In this document: positions 32,397 to 45,497 of the stretch, piece after piece | Numbering within the stretch: the stretch's first letter is position 1 | Layout of the letters: every line of letters starts with the position of its first letter | Assembly: GCA_946965045.2 (NCBI GenBank) | Contig: OX337235.1 | Coordinates: forward strand, 2,852,001-2,916,000 | Origin: Epithemia pelagica | Lineage: Eukaryota; Protista; Bacillariophyta | DNA: 64,000 nt | Direction: 5' to 3' | Position numbers and translations under genes: made by a program | Notes under the pieces: model-generated | The model's input: only the letters and a program-made list of their open reading frames with translations | Told to the model about the DNA's origin: nothing | Database searches by the model: none

Positions 32397-35300
32397 ATGG
32401 TGCAAGAGGATTTTCAAGATGAAGACGTTCCAAACTCTCGCTCTCACCGACGAGGGAAAACCGGTGGTTACAAGCCAATGAGCGAAGCTGCCAGTGCCAG
32501 GCTTGCCAAACGAGGATCCGAGAAAACACTGCACATTCAAAACACCTTTGAACGAGCAGAGCCAGAAGAGCCCGAAGAGCAAGAACCAACCAGTCATAAC
32601 AGCACCAACGATGGTTCGTCGTCCGGACAGCAAGAACTCAAGAGCAACAGGTTGACAAGGATTGCATTCCGTTCCAAAGTTTTTTTCTTTATTCTTCTTT
32701 TGATGTTGGCAATCGCTGCCGCAGCATTCACGTATATCTACATTTCAAAGCAAGAAAATGATGAGTTCGAGAACGGCGTACGTTGAATGAAATTCAGTCA
32801 GCGTTGTTTCGTTGTTCCTGATGTGTTCCATTCGTTCTGACATGTTCCCTCGTTTGAATCTGTTTCATTCCTAGTTTACCCTGAAAGCCAAGGAGATTGC
32901 TCCCATGTTTGTGAACACTCGCAACTTCAAAGGACAGGTGGGGGAGAATCTGGCATTCACGATATCATCCCTCGCCCGTTCCTATGAAATGAAATTTCCG
33001 TTTGTTGTCATTCCAGACTTTGCGCGCCTAGCCGAAGAAGCTCGAAGAATGGCATCCAGTGACGTTGTCATGTATGTTCCGTTTGTGCCCACGAATCTCC
33101 AGTCGGACTATGAAAGTTTTGTTCAGAACCATACCGGGTGGATTGAGGCAAGCCTTGAGTTGCAAGGACTTGCGGGTGAGGACCCTGGCCCAATACCTCT
33201 TGCCATTCATGATTTCTTGGAGGATCGAAGTGGTGGAGACCACGGCCACCATGGCCACCACGGAGGACATGGCACTAACGACGAGATGACCCATAATGAC
33301 GGCACACACCAGGGCCACAACACTGGGGGAGGGCACATGGCTGGGCATCATGGCGAAGACACGACACACAATATGGGTGATACCAACATGACACATAACA
33401 TGGGTGATACCAACATGACACATAATATGGGTGATACCAACATGACACATAATATGGGTGATACCAACATGACACATAATATGGGTGATACCAACATGAC
33501 ACATAACATGGGGGATACCAACATGACACATAACATGGGGGATACCAACATGACACATAATATGGGCCACAATGACGGCATGACCGGGGATACGATGGGC
33601 AATGGAATGGGCATGGCTATGCCTAGTGGTCACCGGTCAAATAGGCTCCTTGCAATGGACATGATGAGTTCGGACATGACCAGTGGTGGGGGGCATAACC
33701 ATGATATGAACGGGGGTTATGGTTCGTCAATGACGGGTCCTTCGGGAAAAAATCATGGAATGGAGGGACAAATGGGCAATGCAGACGACGCACCTCCTTT
33801 TGTTGTGGAAGGCAACGCGTTCGAACTCTTTAATGTTACTTCGCCCTTAGGGTACGTGGCCGGAAATGAAAGTGAGCTGTACTTCGTTCGAGTCAAAAGT
33901 AGGTCTAACATGTATCTTGCAAAACAGTATGACTTGGCCCTCTCCTCGGAACGCCACACTGATAAATGCCGATTTGCAACTTGACCTTGGGTTTGCGGGG
34001 CTGACTCACTTTGCGTTTGGAGAGAGAATAAGTGTATTGTCCAGAATGAGGCAATGGGATAAACTCTTCGACAATCTTTTTCAATGCGATGGTCTCACCA
34101 ACGACAATGATGGTCGTCATTCGCACGACATACGTTGCACAAGTCCAAAGATGGAGCATGGTGTTCATAGTGGTCACGGAACGGAAATGGAAGATGGCCA
34201 TGGTATGGGAATGGACGATGGTCATGGAATGGGAATGGATAGTGGTGAAGGTGAAATGGGAATGGGAAAAGACAACGAAAGTGGAACAGGAATGGACAGC
34301 AACAATGAAATGGGGATGGACAAGGGCCATGGCCATGGCCATGGAAACGAAGATATTATGTTAACAAGACGGGTCGCTGAAGGCCATAGTCATGGTAACC
34401 ACAATCACGAAGATGGAGGAGAGAAGGAACCTGTTGGTTATATTCTTTCTCCCATTTTTTGGGACACTGCCACAAAACGAGATGTTGTTGGTTTTGTCGT
34501 AATTGTTTTCCATTGGTCCTCTTTTGTCGACTCCCTTGTGTCAGTGGATACCGAAGGTATTGACTTGGTGATCAGCGATTCGTGTGGCTCGGTATACACA
34601 TATTACCTTGCTGGCAGTGAATTTAAATTAAGAGGAAGCGGGGACATGCACGATACCAAATATGACCACTTGAGGAGTACCACACTCTTGGAAGTCGAGG
34701 AACAATTTGACCACTTGCACGAAACCTGCACGTATGTACTTGATATTTATCCTTCCAGTGAACTGGAGGATCAATATGTCTCGAACCATCCACTTCTCTA
34801 TGCCCTTGTGGTCCCCGCGATTTTCTCTTTAACCGCCATCATTTTCATGTTTTATGACTGGGCAGTGAAGAGACGAAAGGAGAAGATTACACTGACTGCG
34901 AAGAAGACCGAGGCTATTATTTCGTCCATTTTCCCCAAGAACGTTAGGGCGCGTCTTCTCGAACACGATAACATCAGCGATCCTGTGGATCAAGGCAAAC
35001 ATCGCCCTGTTTACAGAACTCGCTCCTTGTACAGTATCAAAACAGAGACAGAAGACGCTGATAATGTGAAAGAACAGAACAAAAGAAACATGCTGTCGAA
35101 ACCCATCGCCGATCTATTTCTCGATGCCACTGTTATGTTTGCAGACATCGACGGATTCAACGCCTGGTCATCGACTCGTCAGCCTTCTCAAGTCTTTGAA
35201 CTTCTGGAAGGGATGTACGGAGCATTCGACGGAATTGCGCGTCGACACAAAATATTCAAGGTTGAAACAGTTGGAGACTGCTATGTCGCCGTCGCAGGTC

Positions 35301-37246
35301 TTCCAGAGCAAAGAGCAGACCATGCTGTCGCAATGGCTCGATTTTCTGCTGCATGTCTATCAGAGTTCTGCAAGACCTCTAAACAGCTGGTGGTGCAGCT
35401 AGGTCCGGATACAGAAGAAATGGCTCTTCGAATTGGGCTTCATTCGGGACCGTAAGTTGTCACATGAATACACATATGACGTGTTTTGTGTTCTCAGTAA
35501 TGCCTTACCTTGTCACTTTTTATTGTCACTTTTCAGAGTTATAGCGGGCGTCTTGAGGGGAGAAAAGGCACGCTTCCAACTCTTTGGGGACACTGTCAAC
35601 ACTGGGGCGCGGATGGCGACAACTGGCGCTCGAAATAGGATTCACGTATCTGAAGAGACTGCGAACTCGTTGAAATCCCACGATAAGGATCACTGGTTAC
35701 TTCCACGGTTAGAAAAGGTCGTGGCCAAAGGCAAGGGAGAGCTGTGCACGTTCTGGGCATGCCCAACTAATTTTTGCAGGGATATTGGAGACTTTGCTTT
35801 AGAAGAAGATTTGAAGATGGCGAGAGAGACTGGAGATGATACATTTGTAAGCAAACGCAAAGTACGAGAACCCTCAACGAAAACACAAGATGACAAGATT
35901 GGAAGGTTGGTGGAATGGAATTGCGAAGTGTTGTCGAAGCTTCTGAAGAATTTAGCCTTAAGTCGAGAGTCCACATCACATGCCTCATTAAAGCAAAGAG
36001 TGGTTGAAGCCCAAGAACTCAGAGCACTTGAAAAGTCTCACTTCGATATGACTGAGGCCCTAGCGGCAGAAATCACAATCCCTGTTTCTGCGTCCAGAGA
36101 GCCCTTCAAAGATGCATCTACCATCTCTCTTGGCAAACCCGTGGAAGAACAAATTAAAGAGTTTGTTCAGGAGCTTGCAGCATTGTACCACGGGAACCCA
36201 TTCAGCAGTTTTGAGGTACGTCCTTCTACCACATGTCGGTATAAATCATAATGGCACAACGGCAAATGTTGAAATCATCTTACCTTTTCGCACCATCAAC
36301 GTACAGCATGCGTCCCATTGCGCAATGTTAGCAACAAAGATGCTGTCGCGGTTCGACACATCTGACGACAACGAGGCGACGGACTCCATAGGTGGTCGTA
36401 TGGCATCTGGTAAGTCAAAAACTTTCACACACCCTGTTGATAAACACTACAGTGTTTCTCATATGTTTACTTGTTGATACAATTGGGGGGTGTTTAGACC
36501 CTTTGATCCATTTGGCCATAGTCTTTTCGTCGCTTATTCTCAAGGTGAAGCATTCAGGAGTGTCCAACTCGCAGTTGGCTGTTGAGGATCCTTCTCTGTT
36601 GACCAAAATCCAAAACACAACGAATGCCGGGAATTCGACACGCTTACTCTCCCAACAACAGGCGTTTTCGACAGCATGGGACTTATTCCTCCAGGACAAA
36701 TATACCGACCTTCGTCGTATCATTGATGGTTCTCTAGTTGCTGAGTTTGTTCGGTTTCGGCAAACGGTTCTGCAAATGGTGCTAGCTACGTTCGATTTGC
36801 ATGACAGCTACGAAAAGATATCAGAAACTGGAAGGAAAGACGTGGACTCGAACGTCTTGCCGGAAAGGACTGCCCAAAGCAACGAAATGACATCCCCTGT
36901 TCCACTGTCACGTGCTCTTTCCTACGTGATCCAAGTTGTGGATATTTCTCATGCAATGCAGCATTGGCATGTCTTTCAGAAATGGAATCGGCTTTTGTTT
37001 CTGGAAATGGCCCAAGCATTTGAAGCGGGTCGTGCGGGACAAGATCCCTCTCATGTTTGGTACGAAAGGGAAAAGGCATTTCTTGACAATGTGGCCGTGC
37101 CATTGGCGGAACAACTGGTGGGACGTGGTATCTTTCGAAAGGCGTACGTAGACGAGCTTCGGCAATACGCAACTCAAAATCGTCAACACTGGGAATATCA
37201 GGGGCAAGATCTTGTTGCATCATTTGTCAACGAATGTCAGCAATAG
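32397..37246 (+). CDS. Receptor-type guanylate cyclase: TM - large extracellular loop - TM - class III cyclase - PDE-like domain (6 exons)
   Basis: Introns 32778-32874, 33852-33927, 35452-35536, 36216-36306 and one from 36410 (acceptor uncertain). Cyclase VMFADIDGF, FKVETVGDCY, GLHSGP, RFQLFGDTVNTGARM. Glu in KVET suggests GTP specificity. Confidence 0.9.
33364..33567 (+). repeat. Coding 27-bp minisatellite, 7.5 copies (THNMGDTNM)
   Basis: ACACA(T/C)AA(T/C)ATGGG(T/G)GATACCAACATG tandem units. Confidence 0.95.
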
Positions 37247-37723
37247 GGAAAAGGGGACTAGGCTAGAATGATAATGAATGAACAAATCCTAGATACTAAG
37301 TACGCGTCCTTGTCTCAGTGGACGAAAAGATCAATCGAAGCATTACCTTGAACTAGCTCTGAGTGATTTCCATCAGCGTCTCTGGTACGATTGCCCACTA
37401 ACCGTATGATTGGTAGTTGAAGATCTTTCGTGTGAAATGGGATTGTTGGACACAGGGCTGCTCAGTAAGGCGACATGGTATCATTTGTATCGCATAACCG
37501 TCATATTGGGAGTAAGCGATCTGTCCAATGACTCAGCAGGTCGTCGCCCCGTCGTTTAGTTTGTTGTTATCCTTCATGCCACCTATGTGTACCCCCAATC
37601 ACAACTACGTCAGTGGAAATCACCAGCAAGCCTCTCCTTCTCTCGAGGTGTCTGGAGGGTTTGGAACAATGCTTTTTACTGTGTCCGTGAGGTCCGCCGA
37701 GGATCACACGTTCACAACAGTAT

Positions 37724-39070
37724 CTACGACGACTTTTTCTCCTCTACAGTGGTTTCATCAATGGCGTCCATCTCATTTGACTGTAGACCTAACCATGCCA
37801 ATACTCGACCCTTGACATGATTTCGACACGGAAAGCTTTGCCAAAAAACCCAAAGAAAGACAAACTTCTCCCCTTGCGAACCAGGAACGACAATATTGAT
37901 AAGCATGGAAACCCAGCCAACCAGATCCAGAATATCAAAACGATGAATCCATTGACGCGCCATGTCCATGTAGGGAACAAGGAACGGCAGACCGTGCCAC
38001 AGGACGGCGAGATCCAACCAACTTCTCGCGGCGTCACGATCTTCAAAAACGAACCAAGCAACTGCAATCATGGAAGCGCAGAAGATTATTTTCAACCAAA
38101 AAGATGGATTGTTGTAATCACAGTATGATACATTGACGAATGTCAGGACCAAAAGGTTTGTCCAGACTGCCCAAAAGGTGATTTTTTCATAGCCAACAAA
38201 GTTGTAGGGCCATCTCAGAACGAGTCGAAGAACAAACGTTGTCAGCAACAGCCCAAAACCATGAAACACCAACATGGTGAGCTGATTGATCATGAAAGCG
38301 CAGAGAGATACCAACAGTAAGAGCGGTCGAAAAATTGCTGGAGATTGTAGAAGAGCAGCTTGAAATTTGGTGATCGCCGGAATCAATTTATCGCAAAAAT
38401 CCTTCTTCATGGTTGCTTCCACACTTTTTCCACCATTTTCTTCAAGTTCTTTGTCGGAAAGAAGAAGAGCCTTGCTATTGTCACGCACGGAGTAGTAAAA
38501 ATGACATGTATGATCGACCGTCACGAAGGCCTTCTCAGAATCCCGTTTTTCCGGGGTTTCAAATCGGATTAGGTTTAGAGAAGCATCCAAAACGGACTGA
38601 TCGAGGGTGCTCTCATCCTGTTCTGTTTGTGGTTTCAGCTTTCCTATCATATCAGCTACCTTTTTGCAATTTCCTGGAAAGGGCACGTCCAGTGGTCCTT
38701 CGTACTCTTCAAAATCAATCTTGGCAGATTTGCCATCTTCATTGACGATGCAATTTGGAATTGTCTTTACTATCTCACTGATCTCGAGGAGGCAATCAAC
38801 ATTCAACTCCGAAATTGTTCTCATATCATCATTGCTGAATGGCCAGGAAGATACCTCATGGATTGCTGCCATTACGTTGTAAAGCGTGAGGAAGAAGATG
38901 AGTCGTCGAAAAGGGAAGTGGTGCCCATACCATGATTCCTTGTGGAGGCGACTCTGAAAGTTGGCTTGAGATATCACTGCGCGAAAGAAACTTAAAGGCT
39001 TCACCGGTGTCATTACCACTGTTGTGGTTTCTTGATTCGACACATCGTTGATATCTTCATTGTTCCTCAT
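37724..39070 (-). CDS. Hypothetical multi-pass membrane protein
   Basis: 448-aa ORF with one N-terminal and about 5-6 C-terminal hydrophobic segments; family not recognised. Confidence 0.7.
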   Translation of the reverse strand: MRNNEDINDVSNQETTTVVMTPVKPLSFFRAVISQANFQSRLHKESWYGHHFPFRRLIFFLTLYNVMAAIHEVSSWPFSNDDMRTISELNVDCLLEISEIVKTIPNCIVNEDGKSAKIDFEEYEGPLDVPFPGNCKKVADMIGKLKPQTEQDESTLDQSVLDASLNLIRFETPEKRDSEKAFVTVDHTCHFYYSVRDNSKALLLSDKELEENGGKSVEATMKKDFCDKLIPAITKFQAALLQSPAIFRPLLLLVSLCAFMINQLTMLVFHGFGLLLTTFVLRLVLRWPYNFVGYEKITFWAVWTNLLVLTFVNVSYCDYNNPSFWLKIIFCASMIAVAWFVFEDRDAARSWLDLAVLWHGLPFLVPYMDMARQWIHRFDILDLVGWVSMLINIVVPGSQGEKFVFLWVFWQSFPCRNHVKGRVLAWLGLQSNEMDAIDETTVEEKKSS

Positions 39071-39397
39071 GTCGCCATCTTCTTCCTCGACTCTCTATTG
39101 TACGGTATCTAGGTACATCTACGGCGACAGCGCACACTTTGAGATCAAATCCGGGTGAGTAAAAGCCCTATCTCCTTTCAGTCGCTTCTAGGTCGCGTTA
39201 CAGCGAATCATCTCTCCAATTTCCAATGACAACAAAAACGAGAAAGGAGCCGTATCCGTATACCATACGAATACCATCTTAGCATTACGCCTCATCCCTG
39301 TTCCGCTCATACCATTACCGTCTTTGATCTTCTCTACTCTGCTTGGACCCCCTGTTTCACCGAGTATAGACTCGGTACCCTACTTGATCGATCGACA

Positions 39398-40073
39398 ATG
39401 GGGCCACTCGTTGTTCCCTTGCAGTTTCCTACCGTCCAATCACCACCCAGTGCCAAACGGCAACGTCGTGACAACCAGGATGTCAACAACGACCCACACA
39501 CCAGAGACGAATGCGACGAACCACAAGTTCCGGAATGGGCCATGATTGAGCTCAATGGAGAACTGTTGCACCCATCCGATTGCTCGATTCCTTCTACAAC
39601 AACAAAAGGCGACAACAACGACAACCAAGAGTCAAAAGCTGCATTGAACAGCGAATTCGACTGGTCCCAACATGTTGAATTGGGATCTCTGTGGTTTGAC
39701 CCACAAGATCAGGTATGTTCCTTCGAGGTGCTGTCTCTGAACAGCCTCGGACATTAAAACGAATTCGCAGTGGACATCTCATTTTTGTCTACGGATTTGT
39801 CATTCTCCCCTTTTTAATTTCACTTTGCAGAATCCTCGCATGATCGTGGGAAGCCACGAACTGAAGGGAATCGTGGAGAAATTGAAACAACCCTTTTGTG
39901 TACTCCAAAAACATGTGGCCTCCGACGACGACGCACGGAGCGATGTAAGCCATCAGGATTTGAAAAATGCTTCCGATGATACAGCTACCAGATATATTAT
40001 CAAGGGAATGATCACTCGCAAACTCTTGTTTCAACACTACCCCAAAACAATTTTGAGATCGTCAGCTTCGTGA
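39398..40073 (+). CDS. CTF8: Chromosome transmission fidelity protein 8 (intron 39713-39830)
   Basis: EWAMIELNGEL...ELGSL...MIVGSHELKGIVEKLKQPFCVL...YIIKGMITRKLLFQHYPK.I matches Ctf8; GTATGT...TTGCAG intron is in frame. Confidence 0.85.
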
Positions 40074-41314
40074 AGGGGATAGCCGTCATACTGGTGGAAC
40101 CGTGTGGGCAACAGTCATGGTGAGGAACTAGGGTTTCCACTCAGTAGTGTCTGGTTGCTTGCACAGAAGAAACAATAAATATGATTTCATCGACGAGACG
40201 CCGTCGCGGGAGCTCTGAAACACAACATGAACGGAGTGGAAACTTTACAAAATCTCATGCTTCCGTAGCAAATTAACAAACATTTTGCTGTAACGCGTAT
40301 TGGTTCACATTCACGGCAACGCGTACGAATACATGTCTAGCAATCATTCACGGACTGGAGAAGGAAGAAGGGAATGAAATCATGTGGGCCTTCCATTTTC
40401 GAAACGCTAACATCTGCAGAAGCGTGAACACAGACAACCTCACTTCTCCAAGACATGCCTCTTCCCTTTTCGATTTTGTAGCAGTCATGGACCAGAAATT
40501 ACAAAAGATCGGTACCTCAAAACTTTGACAACTTGCATCGATCACGAAAAGAATGCTTATGGATTCATTTGTGTTGTTTGCCCAATATATATAATGGGAA
40601 CAACAGCATCACTTTTTGCATCGGTAGGCTATGACACGAACCCTTTCGATGCCATCAGTCTTCCGCATCCTTGGTAACAATGGATTGAGAACGATGACTA
40701 TCATGTCCGTAACTGTCTCCGATGTACCATTGTCACAGTATTCATTATGTTCTGCTTGGATTTCCAGGCCAACATACGCGGTGTCTTGTCCTCATCTTGT
40801 TCGGTCCTTCGGCATTCCGTCAAACGACGCCAGATCCAGGTAGGAAGATAATGACGGCTCCAATTTCGTCATGTGTATTATTCTCCCGTGGCCTGTTAAC
40901 CAACGAGCAACGAGCCATACTTAGCTTCGTGTGGACCGATTGGGGAGGCGTCTATCTTTGGAACTCTTCGAAACAAGTCTATGGATGCACCTCTACACGA
41001 AAATCGAGAATCGGATGGCGTGATGCGCAGCAGCAATGCGCGAGCGAGAATGGATACTCCTACGCGACTGTGACATGGAAGCATGCATGATGCGTGCATG
41101 CGGAGTCGAGCACATAAACAATTTAGAGATATATAGTATACAGATACGAATATTATTATTATCCTACGCGCTGGACGAGGCATTCCAGCCAAGTCCACAT
41201 ACATTCGCCATGCATTCGATCCTGGAAAAACAAGGAAGTTTTGTTTGTTTTGGAATTTGGAATATCATCTGTCACCATCGTCAGGAAAGACAGAGTACTC
41301 AGAGGACAAAGACG

Positions 41315-44068
41315 ATGTTTGCATCCAAGATCTCATTTGTCTATGTTGTGTTTTTGTTGACGCTAGGGACCCCTTACCAAACAAAAGCGTCGGAGGATTC
41401 CATCGAATATGTGCCACCTATTTTCCAAACACTTGACAGTCTCCAGACGAGCAATGAATTTCAGCGTGAGTTGAATGATATTGGTTCTTCGACGACAAGT
41501 TCTCCGACAGAATCTCCAGCACCATCTCCATCGCCATCGGCGGTGCCCACGGGGAGTCCAACAATTACTCCAAAACCTACGGATCAACCAACATCCTCAC
41601 CGACGGAAAGCCCAGCACCTTCACCCAGCCCATCAGCTACTCCCACAGCATCACCTTCAGGATCCCCATCATCGCGGCCATCACAATCACCTACAGATGA
41701 GCCATCTTCTCAGCCATCGCAGTCACCTTCAGATGAGCCATCTTCCCAACCAAGTGCAAAACCGACCGGAGTGCCATCTTCTCAACCATCGCATGCACCG
41801 ACAGGTAAACCGTCTTCTCAACCATCGCTTGCTCCGACAGGTAAGCCATCTTCTCAACCATCGCATGCACCGACAGGTAAACCGTCTTCTCAACCATCGC
41901 TTCCTCCGACAGGTAAGCCGTCTTCTCAACCATTGCATGCACCGACAGGTAAACCGTCTTCTCAACCATCGCTTTCTCCGACAGGTAAGCCGTCTTCTCA
42001 ACCATCGTTTGCACCGACAGGTAAACCGTCTTCGCTCCCTAGCTTTGATCCGACGGGGCCACCACCTACGAAAACTCCCTCACAAGCTCCATCTCCAAAC
42101 CCTTCAGAGCCTCCGGCAGTGCAACGTGCACCAACTCGACAGCCATCGGTGGATCCTACAATCCCACCAAGTGTCGAGTCGACAGTTGTTTTGACAAATC
42201 TGCGAGAGCAGTTCACGACCCAGATCAACCTGTCAAACCAGCTATCCACTCAAATCGAAGTCGCTTCATTCACTCGAGGTGTTTCGAGTTTCATCACCAG
42301 CAACAAGCCAAGTACAGGAAATGTATACAATGTACTTGTGACAATTGCGCAACAAACCACTATTAACGGGAACACGCGGGGACGTCGGAATCTTTCCATG
42401 CAGCTTATTGAAATCAAATACGACGTTGAGGCATCCTATGCAGGAACCGATCCGAATTTCAGTCTTTTCGATACTTATGGGGCGGCATTGCGAAACTTAG
42501 ACATGGGCTTTGTTCAAAAGCTTGCACAAGCCTTTGATGATCTTGCGGATTCCTCTCAACCGAACATCTATGATCATCTTCTCACCAACCCCTCATCAAT
42601 CAATGCAAGGGTTGATGCTACCAATGAGGGAGAAGGTGTGACGACAACCGCCAAGATCTTTTCCGGTGTTTTTTCTGTCTTTGCAGTGGCATTGGCTGTG
42701 ATTGCGAGTGTGTACGCTCTGCGGCGCTACGAAGGTGATCAGAAACGTGACATTATACCGGTAAACACCTCTACGGAAGAAGAGCCGGACCTCCAGCGGA
42801 TTGAATCAGATGATCGGTCATTCGATGCCATTGAGGTTGCTGAAAAAAGCGACCTTGAAATAAACAAAATCTCCAAAGGTCAATCTGCAGTAATCCGATT
42901 TGGTCAAGCGTCGTACCTAGTAGATGTGTCAAGCGCAATCGACACAGAAGAGAAAGTGTTAGCAAGTGGAAAAATCGTTCACCGGTCAAAAGCTAAAAAC
43001 AGTGAAGATGAACTTGCGCTGGGAGACAAGAAAAAAGGGTCACAAACATCGAAACAGGCCGTACCAGATGCTCTTCGATCAATAAGAGAAGCATCGCGCC
43101 GTCTGTCACCGTCACCTCCGCGTACGCCCCGACCTCAGAAGCACGTTGCTTCGAAACGGCCTGGAACAGTCATCATGTTGGATAAAGCGACACTTTCACC
43201 GGAAAATCGAAATGATGAGGCCATCCGTACCAAAAAGGTTTCTCATGAAACAAATCGACGACCACAAGATGCACCCTCAGATCCTCCAACTTCGAAAGCT
43301 GGAGATGGGAACAAGGGCTTTCAAAACTCGGTATGTCATTTATTTCATGTTCCTGCCTATCTTTTTTTGTTTCTCACTGAATATTTGAATTTCTAGAATG
43401 AACCTACGCCTCGCAACCGTGAGGTTTCCGATATCACGTTCGCGGACGGGGAGCGACATCCACAGCATCTCCAGAGTAACCCAACTCAAGTAGGCGGAAG
43501 AGGAAATCGAGCGTCCATGTCGATTGCCCAAAGAATTGCTCAATTTGAAAAGTTGTCGGAAACGGGGTCCGATAGCACCAATGACGTTGCCACAAACGCG
43601 GCACTGTTGGGACGAATCCCAAATCCACTGGGCATGAACCTAGGCAGCACTTCGGAAAGTCAAGAAGGAAAGTCTGATTTGACGTCACAGGCCAAGGCGT
43701 TTATTTCAAACATGCTGGTCCAAGCCGCAAATGTGAACCAGCCACAAGAAAAACAAAGTGAGCGAAAAGGGACGAGTGAACCATTCTCCAGACACGCCGT
43801 CAAAAAGTCTCGGAAAATGAGTCGATATGATGTTTTTGCTCCTTCCGGAGCCATTGGCGTTGTGGTCGACACGACCAAAAATGGTCCTTCCGTCCATTCT
43901 CTCAAGCCAACATCTCCCATGTTGGGCCTCATCACTCCAGGTGATCTCATTGTCGCCTTGGATGGTCAGGATACGACTGGGATGAATGCCGCCACTCTGA
44001 CGCGCTTAATGGCCAAGAAATCGTCCCAAACGGAACGCAAGATTACCTTAATGTCCATTGAGGAGTGA
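41315..44068 (+). CDS. Type I membrane mucin-like protein with cytoplasmic C-terminal PDZ domain (intron 43331-43396)
   Basis: Signal peptide (MFASKISFVYVVFLLTLG), P/S/T repeats, TM (IFSGVFSVFAVALAVIASVYAL); the intron joins in frame to ORF 43517-44068 with PDZ-like YDVFAPSGAIGVVVDTT...GDLIVALDG. Confidence 0.75.
41762..42049 (+). repeat. Coding 36-bp tandem repeat, 8 copies (PTGKPSSQPSxA)
   Basis: Direct reading of DNA and protein. Confidence 0.9.
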
Positions 44069-44585
44069 AGCAGGAACAACCATAAACCATACACCATGAG
44101 AGTGCTTTCTCGTGTTCCATCACCTATAATTCAGTAGTAGTTGGATGATTTGTTTGGGGGAGATTCCAAGAAACAATGTAGTGGCGAACGTTCTATTCTA
44201 CGATATTTCGCCTCTTTGAGTTGAGACTCTTTACACCACATACGCAGACATTGAGAAGGACGACCGCATGACAAGGATCGACCATGTTAACAGATGTTGA
44301 CGCGAAACTCTTTTTGTGTGGCCAGAAAGCCGGAACCAAATCTCGGCGCACGCTCTACCGCGCGGGGCACGCCATGTACGCGAGGCGCGCGTGCGTCACG
44401 TACAGTTTGTGCGACTCCCATCTTCACCGGAAAGTCCGGGGAGGCGCCGGAGTGATCCTCTGTGTATCTTGTTTCGCTCCTTGTTCTTTGTCCTCTGTCT
44501 ACCTAGAACGTCGACCAAGAAGAGAAAAGACCAGAATCCATCCGTCACCACAGGCAGTCCGTTTTGTGTCATTGTCCAGAGTAGG

Positions 44586-45465
44586 ATGAGCCATGGCGTG
44601 TGCAAGGAACACGAGGATCATTCCCAAACAACAACATCCAGGTATCAGGATTCCCAATCCAAGGACGACGACGTGGACGACGAGAACACTGCCCGTACAA
44701 CCACCACGGACGAGTGCCCATCACACCACGAAATTCTCTCACAAACAACCTCGAACGCCACCGCAACAACAACAACAACTACTGCTACCTCTTTTACGAG
44801 TTGTGGTTGTGTGAAGAAGCAAGCCATTGCGGAGTATTTGGACTTTTTGTGGAGCGCCGCCAATTTGCGTCGGGATGATGCCTTGCGCAAAGTGTTGTGG
44901 AAACAGAGTCGCAATCACAATCCTTCGTCCTCCAATGGTAATGATGATCACTCGCAACAGAGCTTTTACAATGCATCGCTGTCGGTGGGGACCATTTTGC
45001 GATTTCCGACCGTCGCCGCTTGGACGTGTCATGATGGGTCCAGCACCGAAGACGAGGCGGCCCACCTCGTCGTCGAGGCCGTTGCACAACATTCGACCCT
45101 GCTGCGCCTGGTCCGCGTGACACCACACAGTACTGCCAACAACAACAACAAGGCCAACCAACCACCACCGCGCTATGCCTATAGCGTCCACGTGCAACGC
45201 GTCGTTCCCTTTACTCCGGCCGACTTGCGTCTCCCGGTGGAGTGTATCTTGGTGGTGGGCAATCTGCCACAACCCAAACACAAGCAAGCTACGAGTCGTA
45301 AAAAGAACCACCATACGAAAACCAAGAAGAAGGAGAAGAAGACGGAAACGAAGAAGAATGAAGCGAAGAAGAACTCCGAACCGTCGCATTCAGAGGAAAC
45401 AGACACTTTGCCCTCCAATCCTCCACAACCAACACTCACGAAAGAACAACAACAACAGCAGCTGC

Positions 45466-45497
<32 letters not shown>

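Noticed and set aside
33364-33567. CRISPR-like appearance of regularly spaced repeats (also 41762-42049 and 55843-56560)
   Set aside because: Units are contiguous with no unique spacers, two are in-frame protein repeats, and no cas genes are present.
33028-33633. Antisense ORFs with repeated CHVGI, VSCWYHP or CVMLVSP motifs
   Set aside because: Shadow frames of the 27-bp coding minisatellite.
40100-41300. Short ORFs between CTF8 and the mucin-like gene
   Set aside because: No consistent splice model or homology; the 41036 start is an upstream extension before the signal-peptide ATG at 41315.
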